Shown piece by piece: positions 1 to 9,144 of a stretch of DNA of 64,000 bases; the first letter of the stretch is position 1, and every line of letters begins with the position of its first letter. A model generated the notes under the pieces. It was not told the DNA's origin. It worked only from the letters and a program-made list of their open reading frames with translations, and searched no databases. The stretch covers positions 1,627-65,626 of the forward strand of contig CALKWQ010000015.1 in the NCBI GenBank assembly GCA_938003925.1, read 5' to 3'. A program made the translations under genes and the position numbers. The stretch is from an uncultured bacterium (GTDB lineage Bacteria > Patescibacteriota > Patescibacteriia > Patescibacteriales > UBA12465).

Positions 1-529
1 CCTTGATAATTGCCTCTTTAATTATTTGCCAGTGTTCGCTGTTTTGCCAGGTGTAGGCACTGTTGGTTGTCGTTTGATTTAGAACTTCTACCAATCTAAC
101 TTCATTCCACTCTCCGACTTCATTGCGACAGTTACTTAGTGCAACACTAAAAGCACTACCCTGCCCTAAACGTAATTCTAGAGCTAGCAGCATTCGTTTT
201 AATAACTCTTCCGACTTGGAGAAGAGATAAGCCTGCAGCATACCGGCAGCATCATAAGGAGAAGCTTCGGCAGCCGCGCCCAGCCGGCACCAGTTTAATT
301 GCTCGTGCTCGCCATAGATAGATAGATTTTCAGGTAATCCGGGTGAAATAAATTCCGCTACTGGCGCTGTTACCGCAATTTCGTTATAGGCGGCTGAATT
401 AAAATCTTCTTCCCCGGCTACATTAGTCCAGCCCCAGCGCACAGCAAAGAAGCCGGCCGCTAATAGTAATAGTACAGCGAATAGTAAAATTAATATTGAT
501 TTGTAGAGATAGCGTAATACGGATTTCAT
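1..529 (-). CDS. hypothetical membrane-anchored protein, N-terminal ~176 codons (rest lies beyond window start)
   Basis: Not in the ORF track. ATG at 529 (plus-strand cat 527-529). Hand translation MKSVLRYLYKSILILLFAVLLLLAAGFFAVRWGW... stays open to position 1. Hydrophobic N-terminal helix. Confidence 0.45.
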   Translation of the reverse strand, partial: MKSVLRYLYKSILILLFAVLLLLAAGFFAVRWGWTNVAGEEDFNSAAYNEIAVTAPVAEFISPGLPENLSIYGEHEQLNWCRLGAAAEASPYDAAGMLQAYLFSKSEELLKRMLLALELRLGQGSAFSVALSNCRNEVGEWNEVRLVEVLNQTTTNSAYTWQNSEHWQIIKEAIIK

Positions 530-630
530 ACCGAACTTAATTATACTAGATAAACCAGACAAAATAAAGAAAAGATTAACAAAAAGACTGCTTCTAACTG
601 CAGTCTAATTGTTATTTTAAAGTGATTGTT

Positions 631-1554
631 TTATTGCAAATCTTTTTCGGCTGTTCTTAATTTTTCGGCTGAACGTTGGAGTAATCTTTTTTCTTCAGCG
701 GAAATATCCATGTCTACTTTGCGAATAATACCTTTAGCTCCGATTACCATTGGTAGGCTCAAAGAAACTCCTTTAATCCCCAATTCTCCGTTTAAAGTAT
801 GAGATACGGTATAAACCGTTTTTTTGTCATACAAGACAGCCTTGGTTAATTTGACGATACCGGCCGCAATAGCGTAGTAAGTGGCTTGCTTACCCTCAAT
901 AATAGCATAGGCAGCATTCTTAGCGTGTTCAAAAATACGTTTTTTATCTCGGTTAGATATTTTAGAGAAGCGATTAATAGGAGTGTTGCCTACTGTAGCA
1001 GTGCTCCACAGTGGCACTTCGCTGTCTCCATGTTCGCCCACAATATAAGCGTGAATGCTTTTAGGATTAACACTCATCTTTTCTCCGAGCAGAAAGCGGA
1101 ATCTGGCTGTGTCTAAGATGGTGCCGGAACCAAAAATTTGATTTTTTTTACTTGGGAACATCTTAATCGCAATGTTAGTCAGAATATCTACCGGGTTAGT
1201 AACCATAATCACCACCGCATTAGGGTTACGCTTGAATATTTCCGGCATAATACTCTTAATGATGCCGGAATTCTTCTTTAACAGATCTAAGCGAGTCTCT
1301 CCAGGTTTTTGGGCAGCCCCGCAAGTGATTACTACTACATGACTATCTTTGATATCGCTATAATCACCAGCCTTTACCTCTGTATAACCCCAGAAAGGCA
1401 CAGAGTGCTGCAAATCCATCGCTTGCGACACGGCTAATTTTTTATTGAGGTCAATTAAAGCAATCTCTTCTGTGATGTTGGCGGCGATAAGGCCGTAAGC
1501 AGCCGTACTGCCGACTAAACCGGCGCCGATGATAGTGACTTTATTTTTACCCAT
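631..1554 (-). CDS. ldh: L-lactate dehydrogenase
   Basis: Rossmann motif VTIIGAGLVGSTAAY, substrate loop GAAQKPGETRLDL (Gln as in LDH rather than MDH), catalytic GEHGDS. I prefer the start at MGKNK (cat 1552-1554) over the track start at 1599, which would overlap the upstream gene. Confidence 0.85.
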   Translation of the reverse strand: MGKNKVTIIGAGLVGSTAAYGLIAANITEEIALIDLNKKLAVSQAMDLQHSVPFWGYTEVKAGDYSDIKDSHVVVITCGAAQKPGETRLDLLKKNSGIIKSIMPEIFKRNPNAVVIMVTNPVDILTNIAIKMFPSKKNQIFGSGTILDTARFRFLLGEKMSVNPKSIHAYIVGEHGDSEVPLWSTATVGNTPINRFSKISNRDKKRIFEHAKNAAYAIIEGKQATYYAIAAGIVKLTKAVLYDKKTVYTVSHTLNGELGIKGVSLSLPMVIGAKGIIRKVDMDISAEEKRLLQRSAEKLRTAEKDLQ

Positions 1555-1586
1555 AGAGCGTTGATGCTTAGACAAAATTAAAAAAT

Positions 1587-4340
1587 TTAATTTTGCCATA
1601 AACCGATATTGATATTATTAGTTAGAGGAGTAACGTAAAAATCATGAGTTTCACCAACATTAACCCCTGCCCCGATAGCTGGCGAATTGGCCTGCAAGCG
1701 AAAATCTCCAGCACTGGGATTAATAAAGAGAGGATCGGCAATAATATTAGTGGTTGAACTACCAGCGCCTCTAAAGTTAGGATAGTAGAGATTGTGCTCA
1801 GTGATGACGGTGTATGTTGATGAATTCTGCAGTCCGTAGGCGGTATCGTTAGTAAAAAAGAAAATATTATTACGCAAATCCAGATTATCACGCCACATAG
1901 AAACAGAATATAAATCTACAGCTGTATCGTAGAAGACGTTGTTGTAAACCACATAACTAGAGTTAGGCTCACCAAAAGAAGCGCGAGAATTTAGAAATAA
2001 GTTGTAGGAAACATTTAAATCGGTGGCGTGGGTAAAGACGCCTCGACCGTCCTTAAAGGTATTATACCTTATTTTTATCCCTACAGCACCCCTCTCTACA
2101 TAAAACCCTTGAGTGCCAAGACCCATTTTACAATAATTATGTTCTAATAGGCCGTTGGTATTAGTGGGGCTAGATAGTAGACCCACTAGGACACAGAATT
2201 TGTTACCGGTATCTGATCGGTCCATGATATTGTGATGGATATTAAAACCGAAAGCAGTACCATTTAATTGAATGCTATCACCAGGAGATTCATTCTCGGT
2301 TTTACCATTATACCAGTAGCTATTTTCATTCCATTTTTGATTGACGTGGTGGATATAATTATGAGCAATCTCCATGTTATTATGATTCTGGTTATAGTGA
2401 CCATCATCACCAATATAAGCTATTTCTGAATTTATAATTTTAGTGCCATCACCACTAATCATAGTTCGTAAACCCCATTCGCTGTTTTGTAGGCGACAGT
2501 TGTCTATTGTTGTATCTGTGCTTGCTCCTATGTAGATACTGCTAGTAGAAAGCTGGGCGTCAATATCAAGGTCGCGAATAGTAGTATTATTACCACCAAT
2601 ACCGATAGCACCGTTGTTACTGCCGGTAAGATTGTGGGCAATTATTACTGGTCTATCATCATGGCTGCCATAGGCACCAAGTAGTATATTGTTAGCGAAG
2701 ATACTGATGCGCGCGTTGATGGTAGCCTGGGTACCGCGTTTCTGTAGATAATTTTTACCAGCCGCTATAGACACATCACTCCAGTTTTTATAAGGGTTTT
2801 CTCTACTACCATTACCGCTCACCGCTACACTGGGGTCGATAAAATAAGTGTCAGCGGCGGGCAATATTTTGACGTTAATCTGAGCGGTTTCGTAGATTTG
2901 TTGTGCCTGATTTTGCGCCTGAACATTGATGATAATATTATTCTGTCCATTTAAGGCTGTATTATCAATCAAAGTGATTTGGCCCTCACTATCAATACTA
3001 AAAGCACTACCCTGACCTACTAGGGTGTAGCTAACTGTAGCGCCGTCCCAAGTTGGCCAAAAGTTATTAATTTTTCCAACCACATCGCCATTGATGGCAT
3101 TGCTGGGTATGGCTAATGTTTGATTATGAATTAAGCGTTGTTGGTAGGCTAAATCTAAATTACTACCGCTAGCCACACAGGCGTTACCATTAGGTTGATA
3201 GCCGTTATTACAGGAAACTAAAGCACAAGCGTTCCAGTCTGACCAAGTGCCTAAAGTACAGGTTCTAGTTTGTGTGCCAAGACCATTGTCGATACTACAA
3301 CTTTGGCTAGAGCTACCGCTGCAAGTCATGGCCGCGCAAGAGTTATCAGTAATTTGATAGCCATTATCACAGGCACTGACAGTGCAATTATTCCAATTAG
3401 ACCAGACTCCTAAAGTACAGGTACGAGTTTGGAAGCCTTGTCCGTTGCTGACAGCGCATACTTGCGTGTCGACGCCAGTACAAGTAGTTGCGGAACCGCC
3501 ACCACCACCAGAACTGCCCCCTCCTCCTCCACCACCAATAACAATTGGGGTGCTACTAGAATTAGCGCCGATGTTTACAGAACCATTGACGCTATTTGAT
3601 CTAACTCTCTCTTTAATTAAAGCTAACAGCACCTGGTCACCATTTTGCAAGGGTTCACCGTTATTAGTTATGCTCTGATTAGACTCCAAAATGTAATTTG
3701 TATAAAAACGGTTAGCCCGAAAAGCTTCTGCACTAGTAATTTTTCTAAAAGTAGCACCATCGTAGTAATAATAGGCGTTTTCCGTGTTAGCTTTAATTAG
3801 TGAGCCCGCAGGAAATTGATTATCCGCTAAGATAGGGCCGAGACTGTAATCATTAAAAAAAGCATCTGGTACATCACTGACTCGTTGAGCCCAGCTATCA
3901 CCATACAGCCGTCTAGCCTGGTTTTCGTCTTTAATCTTTCTAAGTAGCCCCCCGGGCTCGACGGCATAAACAGCCTGATCAGTGGTAATTTTTATCAACT
4001 TGGTGCCCGCCCTCATGACAATGTTGCCGCCCAAAGGATAGCTTTGTAGAGTGGTGGCTGGAATAGTAAGAACATCTTTGAAATCTTGATACCAGGAAAA
4101 ATACACGCTTTCAGAGGGAAAGACATACCTTTTGTTATCGTCACCTAAATAGTAGACCGAGGAAATACCATCCATTTTAATTAAAGAACCAGTGCCGGTT
4201 GCTTGAGCTGCTCTAGCTTTTAACCAGTATCCGCCGCTACCTAAAGTATTTAAAACCCTTATTACATTAAATGAATATAAGCCTAGAAATAATATCGCCA
4301 ACACCCCCAGCTTTAGAATTATTTTGTTTTTATTTATCAT
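1587..4340 (-). CDS. secreted/surface protein: signal anchor, N-terminal repeat region, poly-Gly linker, two Cys-rich WSxW repeats, C-terminal right-handed beta-helix (pectate-lyase-like)
   Basis: 917-aa ORF. N-terminal hydrophobic segment. GGGGGGGSSGGGGG linker (nt 3495-3536). Repeated His/Asn-rich turns (IAHNYIHHV, NIHHNIMDRSD) typical of parallel beta-helix proteins. Confidence 0.8.
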   Translation of the reverse strand: MINKNKIILKLGVLAILFLGLYSFNVIRVLNTLGSGGYWLKARAAQATGTGSLIKMDGISSVYYLGDDNKRYVFPSESVYFSWYQDFKDVLTIPATTLQSYPLGGNIVMRAGTKLIKITTDQAVYAVEPGGLLRKIKDENQARRLYGDSWAQRVSDVPDAFFNDYSLGPILADNQFPAGSLIKANTENAYYYYDGATFRKITSAEAFRANRFYTNYILESNQSITNNGEPLQNGDQVLLALIKERVRSNSVNGSVNIGANSSSTPIVIGGGGGGGSSGGGGGSATTCTGVDTQVCAVSNGQGFQTRTCTLGVWSNWNNCTVSACDNGYQITDNSCAAMTCSGSSSQSCSIDNGLGTQTRTCTLGTWSDWNACALVSCNNGYQPNGNACVASGSNLDLAYQQRLIHNQTLAIPSNAINGDVVGKINNFWPTWDGATVSYTLVGQGSAFSIDSEGQITLIDNTALNGQNNIIINVQAQNQAQQIYETAQINVKILPAADTYFIDPSVAVSGNGSRENPYKNWSDVSIAAGKNYLQKRGTQATINARISIFANNILLGAYGSHDDRPVIIAHNLTGSNNGAIGIGGNNTTIRDLDIDAQLSTSSIYIGASTDTTIDNCRLQNSEWGLRTMISGDGTKIINSEIAYIGDDGHYNQNHNNMEIAHNYIHHVNQKWNENSYWYNGKTENESPGDSIQLNGTAFGFNIHHNIMDRSDTGNKFCVLVGLLSSPTNTNGLLEHNYCKMGLGTQGFYVERGAVGIKIRYNTFKDGRGVFTHATDLNVSYNLFLNSRASFGEPNSSYVVYNNVFYDTAVDLYSVSMWRDNLDLRNNIFFFTNDTAYGLQNSSTYTVITEHNLYYPNFRGAGSSTTNIIADPLFINPSAGDFRLQANSPAIGAGVNVGETHDFYVTPLTNNINIGLWQN

Positions 4341-4419
4341 AAAAATATTTATATTATAAACACTATAATTTTAGCATAAAATTAAGCAGATGACCAAATA
4401 AAAAAGGCCATTATTTGTG

Positions 4420-4863
4420 TTAAATAATGGCCTTAGCAGTGGAATAATACTTTCTTACTCTGTCTAGGATATAACCGTAGAGCCAACCTAACAGCAAGTT
4501 ATCTGCTACGTAAAGACTGGAGCTAATCAGTATGCTTGCAATCGGAACACCCATCAAAATAGCACTCAAGCAATAGATGGGTAGCTGGTAGACAGACAGA
4601 GCCAAGAAATCAGCTATAGCTTTGGCTAGCAGGTATTTACGTTTTGACAGTAGTTGGCGAAACCAGTCTATTAAATAGCCTAGCATGAAAGCGCCGCTAA
4701 AACGTATAATGGTGTAGATTATTCTTACCCCTAGCCACTGCTCCGTGCTAGCACCAGCTAGTAGCACTTCGTAGATAAGAGTTAATCCGCCGGCTATTAG
4801 ATTATAGACCAGCATAGCCACGATATCGTTGCGATATCGTTGCCAAAATTGACGCTTTTTCAT
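4420..4863 (-). CDS. small 4-TM membrane protein, AlaE-like L-alanine exporter family (tentative)
   Basis: 147 aa. From recall it aligns to E. coli AlaE (149 aa): DIVAMLVYNL.. / ADFLALSVYQLPIY.. / LLGWLYGYILDRVRK resemble the AlaE segments. No search was run. Confidence 0.55.
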   Translation of the reverse strand: MKKRQFWQRYRNDIVAMLVYNLIAGGLTLIYEVLLAGASTEQWLGVRIIYTIIRFSGAFMLGYLIDWFRQLLSKRKYLLAKAIADFLALSVYQLPIYCLSAILMGVPIASILISSSLYVADNLLLGWLYGYILDRVRKYYSTAKAII

Positions 4864-5003
4864 GGTTACTAACTTAGAAATGAAAAGATCTGATGAAAGT
4901 CACTCTATATTCCCATAAAAGACGATAAAAGTCAAAATTGAACGGCATCACAAAAACAACCCGCTTAGCAGGGGTCGTTTTTAAGAGTCAGCTGTTTTTA
5001 TTC

Positions 5004-5138
5004 TTACTTAGTCTTACCTCTCTTTAAAGCTTTAGCTGCCTTTTCTTCCAGCATGACGCGTTTGATTTCTAAACGCTTCTTAGTCTTGTGGGAATGGGAT
5101 TTCTTGCCCTTTCCTACTCCAGTGCTTCTTTTGGCCAT
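5004..5138 (-). CDS. possible 44-aa highly basic small protein
   Basis: Hand-found ORF below the track threshold: MAKRSTGVGKGKKSHSHKTKKRLEIKRVMLEEKAAKALKRGKTK*. Lies in an otherwise empty 330-nt gap. No family recognised. Confidence 0.3.
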   Translation of the reverse strand: MAKRSTGVGKGKKSHSHKTKKRLEIKRVMLEEKAAKALKRGKTK

Positions 5139-5197
5139 ATTAGTATGAATTAAGATAATAATTTAAAGGTTAAATGATTTTATTAATAAAATCAAGT

Positions 5198-6151
5198 TTA
5201 TATCCGACCAGCATATATCTCAAAAGCCATTCTTAAAATGGCTATAGTAAAAATGATAATACCCTCTTTGCGACTTATCTTCCAACCAGTTCTCATAAAA
5301 ATCAATAACATAATCAAAGTCACTATCAAAATTAATACGGAAAATAAAGAATCCGCTAGTCCTAAAATTTGGGTCTTAGATTGCAGGATTACAGGCGTAA
5401 TCACACTGCTGATACCAATAATGCCGAAGGTGTTAAAAATATCCGAACCAATAACGTTGCCGATGGACAGCCCGAACTTTTTCTTAATGGTAGCAATCAC
5501 GGAAGTGGCCACTTCGGGTAAGCTGGTACCAGCAGCTACAATGGTGGCGCCAATGGCCCAAGCAGAAACTTTGAAATACTCTGCAATATAAACCGCTGCT
5601 GAAACTGTAAAATCTGACGACTTTACCAAAATCACTAGACTGACTATAAAAATTAGGTAATCTTTCCAGTTGCCCACTTCTCCCTTTTGCTCCTCTTCGG
5701 TAGGGACGTCTTTCTTAGCCCACAACAAGCCCAAATAAGAGACTAGGGAGGCTAATAATATTAAGCCTTCCCAGAATACTATTTTCAAATCAAACATGAA
5801 TAAGAAAATCATGACCGTTGATGCTAATAGAACCATTCCATCCCGACGCACCATTTTTTTAGGCACTATTTGTGGAGCAATAATTGCTACTAAACCTAAA
5901 ATAAAGCCCAAGTTGAAAATATTAGAACCAATAACATTGCCAACGGATAAATCTCCCTGACCCTTTAAAGCCGCGAAGACTGATACCGCAATTTCGGGGG
6001 CTGAGGTACCCATGGCCACAATGGTTAGACCAATGAATAGTTCCGACACCTTCCATTTACGGGCAATTTTGATACTGGAATTAACTAGGTAGTTGGCCGC
6101 AAAACCTAGCACCACCAAAGAAGCGATTAAAATAAACACCTGGATGAGCAT
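5198..6151 (-). CDS. Ca2+/cation antiporter, CaCA (YrbG-type) family
   Basis: Two alpha-repeats, GTSAPEIAVSV...GNVIGSNIFN and GTSLPEVATSV...GNVIGSDIFN. About 10 predicted TM helices. Confidence 0.85.
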   Translation of the reverse strand: MLIQVFILIASLVVLGFAANYLVNSSIKIARKWKVSELFIGLTIVAMGTSAPEIAVSVFAALKGQGDLSVGNVIGSNIFNLGFILGLVAIIAPQIVPKKMVRRDGMVLLASTVMIFLFMFDLKIVFWEGLILLASLVSYLGLLWAKKDVPTEEEQKGEVGNWKDYLIFIVSLVILVKSSDFTVSAAVYIAEYFKVSAWAIGATIVAAGTSLPEVATSVIATIKKKFGLSIGNVIGSDIFNTFGIIGISSVITPVILQSKTQILGLADSLFSVLILIVTLIMLLIFMRTGWKISRKEGIIIFTIAILRMAFEIYAGRI

Positions 6152-6284
6152 AATTTTGTATTTAATTATTTTATATTAGCGATTATAACATTATTCTTAA
6201 AACTTGAAAACTAAGCAGCTCCTTATCAGATTGACATGCTTGATTTTTTAAAATACCATGAATAAGTAATTAAATTAAATATTT

Positions 6285-6731
6285 ATGGTCAAAGATTGTG
6301 ATTATTCTCAAAAACACGGACGTTTCATGTGCTGGCTGCACGATATCATCATTATTTCTATTAAGGCCTTAGCCATCTTAACGGTTTTGGTGATTATTTT
6401 GGGCACCATCAGCTCCCTACTAGTTATCTATCAGGTCCTACGTGACACTGGTTTCATCCTTGACACCAAGGGTTTTTTCCAAATATTCAGTGAGATTATG
6501 CTGGTTTTGATAGCTGTAGAGATTTTCCAAAATATTGCCATGTATATACGTACCGATGTTATTCCTATTAAATTGGTTTTAGCTACTGCCCTAATCGCAG
6601 TGGCACGTAAATTCATCATTATAGACGCCAGTAAAGACAGTTATTGGCATATTATCGCCTTAGCGTTAGCGGTGGTAGCGATCGGATTCTCTTATTGGCT
6701 GGTTAATCGACATCATCAAAAACAACTATAA
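6285..6731 (+). CDS. PsiE-like (phosphate-starvation-inducible E family) membrane protein
   Basis: 148 aa, 4 TM. LIAVEIFQNI...KLVLATALIAVARKFIIID resembles the PsiE family core. The start could be the internal Met (MCWLHD). Confidence 0.5.
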   Translation: MVKDCDYSQKHGRFMCWLHDIIIISIKALAILTVLVIILGTISSLLVIYQVLRDTGFILDTKGFFQIFSEIMLVLIAVEIFQNIAMYIRTDVIPIKLVLATALIAVARKFIIIDASKDSYWHIIALALAVVAIGFSYWLVNRHHQKQL

Positions 6732-6756
6732 ACAATTCTATTTAAACAATATCAAT

Positions 6757-6787
6757 CAAAAAACCGCTAATTAGAAGCGGTTTTTTT
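6757..6787. terminator. bidirectional intrinsic terminator between convergent genes
   Basis: aaaaaaCCGCTaattagaAGCGGttttttt: 5-bp GC core stem extended by A/T pairs, with A-run and T-run flanks. Confidence 0.6.
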
Positions 6788-6824
6788 GTGTAATACCGAA
6801 TTAGTTAATTCTTAAACCAGATTT

Positions 6825-7541
6825 TTACTTTAAACCAAAAGTAGCTTTTACTGTAACCATCACTTCTTTTTCAATACTGGAAGTGTCGTAAGAGCCATAA
6901 TCTGATATTTCAATAGCTCCTACCGGCATAACTTGCACCACCCCCATGCTAACTGATTTAACCGTGCCAACTCGTTGCCCACTGCTAGCAGCAATTGCTT
7001 CGGCTCGCGCCGCTGCATCTTTAATTGCCTCTGGTAAAAGTGAAATCCTGACAGCTGGCAGCTGATTATAATAGTATTCTACGGGACTAGCTGAAAAAAT
7101 AATCCCCTGCTCTACTAACTTTTCTACACTCTTAGCTAATTCTTTCATGGCCTGCACGTCATCAGACTTAACTTCTAAATTTTGTGTTAACGTATATTCT
7201 TTAGGAGCATTTTGGTCGTTTTTGTAAATTTCATACATAAAAACTGGTGAAATTTCAAATTTACCACTTAGGCCGCGAGCAGATAAAAAGGCGTTAACGG
7301 CCTTTTCGTCAGCCTTCATCTGAGCATAACCTTCTTTAAGACGAGAAGCTTCTGCTACGCGAGTAAAATTGCCCGTCCAACGAGCCGCATCAGCGGTAAC
7401 TGCCTGTTTAGCTGAGCCCGAGACTGAGAGCGAGTCATCTAATTTTCTGATGTTCAAAAAAGTTCCAGCAATAATTAAAGCTGCTAACACCAGACTAACA
7501 CCTAAAATCGCGCCCATCGTTACCAATTTATTTTTTTCCAT
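6825..7541 (-). CDS. SIMPL (DUF541) domain periplasmic/secreted protein
   Basis: 238 aa. N-terminal TM anchor. C-terminal ...MVTVKATFGLK and overall pattern typical of SIMPL/26-kDa periplasmic immunogenic protein family. Confidence 0.7.
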   Translation of the reverse strand: MEKNKLVTMGAILGVSLVLAALIIAGTFLNIRKLDDSLSVSGSAKQAVTADAARWTGNFTRVAEASRLKEGYAQMKADEKAVNAFLSARGLSGKFEISPVFMYEIYKNDQNAPKEYTLTQNLEVKSDDVQAMKELAKSVEKLVEQGIIFSASPVEYYYNQLPAVRISLLPEAIKDAAARAEAIAASSGQRVGTVKSVSMGVVQVMPVGAIEISDYGSYDTSSIEKEVMVTVKATFGLK

Positions 7542-7610
7542 ATATTTATTTTTAAATCTTTATATTATAAAAATACTACTAAAGACAGCTTTTGTCTATG
7601 GTGAAGTTAA

Positions 7611-7642
7611 TAAAAAAGCCTATTCTTGTTTAAGAACAGGCT
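7611..7642 (-). terminator. intrinsic terminator of 7662..8078
   Basis: Minus strand GCCTGTTCTT-AAAC-AAGAATAGGC (9/10 bp paired) followed by TTTTTT. Confidence 0.55.
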
Positions 7643-7661
7643 AAATCTTGCCAACGAAGAG

Positions 7662-8078
7662 CTAGACTAGGCCAAGCTCTCTCACTATTTTGGTAATTTC
7701 TTCCAGGGTATTATCACCACCTGAACTTTTGCGGAAAAATCCGTCCAGATATTCCGCTGATAGAGGCTGACAGCTGGAGAAGGCATAAACACGGGCTCGC
7801 GGGTTAATTTTCTTAATCTCTTGGGCTAAGCGACCGCTGTTTTTTTCTTCGCGTCTAAAGAGTATGTCTTCTTTGTCGTGAAAAAAATCACTAGTGATAA
7901 CTACTAAGTCTTGCGTTTTTGGTACCACTTCCAAGGATTTTTCAAACTCACTTTCGTATAGTACCTGCCCGTTTAATTGCGGGAAAGCAATATTTAACTC
8001 TTCCCTAACCAATTCTAGGACATAAGGTATCGACTGTATTACTAACATTTTCATGGCAATTAGTTTTAAATGAAACAA
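7662..8078 (-). CDS. hypothetical protein
   Basis: 138-aa ORF, no motif recognised. Start may be the MKMLVIQ Met. Confidence 0.5.
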   Translation of the reverse strand: MFHLKLIAMKMLVIQSIPYVLELVREELNIAFPQLNGQVLYESEFEKSLEVVPKTQDLVVITSDFFHDKEDILFRREEKNSGRLAQEIKKINPRARVYAFSSCQPLSAEYLDGFFRKSSGGDNTLEEITKIVRELGLV

Positions 8079-8152
8079 TAAAAGACTGGACTAAGCAATA
8101 TAACAGAATCAAGTCACATTGTCAATAATTTGACCACTTGATAAACATCAAA

Positions 8153-8476
8153 TCATTTTTTATAACCCGCCACTAAATATAAAATTCCCGGAAATAAGGG
8201 GGCAAGTAAATTAATACTTAGGTTAGCTGACGTTAGCCAGCCTATTGTCCAGCTTAAAATAACAGCGATTACTATCAATAGGCCACCTATTTTCTCATTT
8301 TTCCAACCCCAAGCTAAGCCAAAGAAAATTATAGGCATCATAGTGAGCGTTAGGTTTTCCCACCAGGAATAATCTGGATTAATAAAGGGCAAAGGATTGC
8401 CGTAGCCAAAATAAAACGGCAGAGTAAAAATTAACAGCCCCAGGGCGCTAATCCTGGCTACCCATTTGATAATCAT
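8153..8476 (-). CDS. hypothetical small membrane protein (3-4 TM)
   Basis: 107-aa ORF, strongly hydrophobic. Confidence 0.5.
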   Translation of the reverse strand: MIIKWVARISALGLLIFTLPFYFGYGNPLPFINPDYSWWENLTLTMMPIIFFGLAWGWKNEKIGGLLIVIAVILSWTIGWLTSANLSINLLAPLFPGILYLVAGYKK

Positions 8477-8540
8477 ATTTTTAATTTTAAAATTACGAAC
8501 TTAAAAATAAAAGCTAGTGACTGCAGTAATAGCTATAATA

Positions 8541-9083
8541 TTATAGTAGTGGCGGGAAAGTGGTCTCTAAATATTGATCACTGCTACTGTCTAAGGCCGT
8601 GATTTTAAAGCCTAGTCCCTCATGTTCCATTAAAGCTTTTATTTGCTCTTTTGCCCAATCCCTGCAAACTTCCTTGGTCATGGTTTTGCGCCACCATTTT
8701 TTAGTCTTATATCTCTGATATAAAGTATCAAAATCAACGGACAAAAAAATAATCTCGTGCTCGTCATTAATTAGCAATTTCTTAGTTTTGTTAAGCGTGT
8801 CATAATCCAGATCTAAATCTTGACCTTTAATCACAATAACGGCTTCCCTATTACTTTGTGCGTAAGCTTCAATAATTTTACTTAAATCCTGACGCCGCAA
8901 TTCATTGCCGTCATCGTCTGCCTGAACTACCCAATCTAAGCTTTCCTGGCAAACAACAATTTGTTTCTCCAACCAACCTAGTCTAGCTAACAGCGCTGGT
9001 GACTGATTATTCTTTACGTATCTAATAAAGGTTTCTTTGCCCACAGCACTGGGTCCAAAAATCCAAACAATTTTAGCGCTCAT
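8541..9083 (-). CDS. P-loop NTPase/kinase-like protein
   Basis: Walker A IFGPSAVGKETF at the N-terminus. 180 aa. Confidence 0.6.
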   Translation of the reverse strand: MSAKIVWIFGPSAVGKETFIRYVKNNQSPALLARLGWLEKQIVVCQESLDWVVQADDDGNELRRQDLSKIIEAYAQSNREAVIVIKGQDLDLDYDTLNKTKKLLINDEHEIIFLSVDFDTLYQRYKTKKWWRKTMTKEVCRDWAKEQIKALMEHEGLGFKITALDSSSDQYLETTFPPLL

Positions 9084-9144
9084 AATTTAAGATTAGTTGA
9101 TAATTAGAGGTTTCTCCTGATATCAGTCTACCCTATCAAGATAA

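Noticed and set aside
3382-3678. Track ORF (+) encoding a poly-proline stretch.
   Set aside because: It is the antisense shadow of the poly-Gly linker of the 917-aa minus-strand gene and lies fully inside it.
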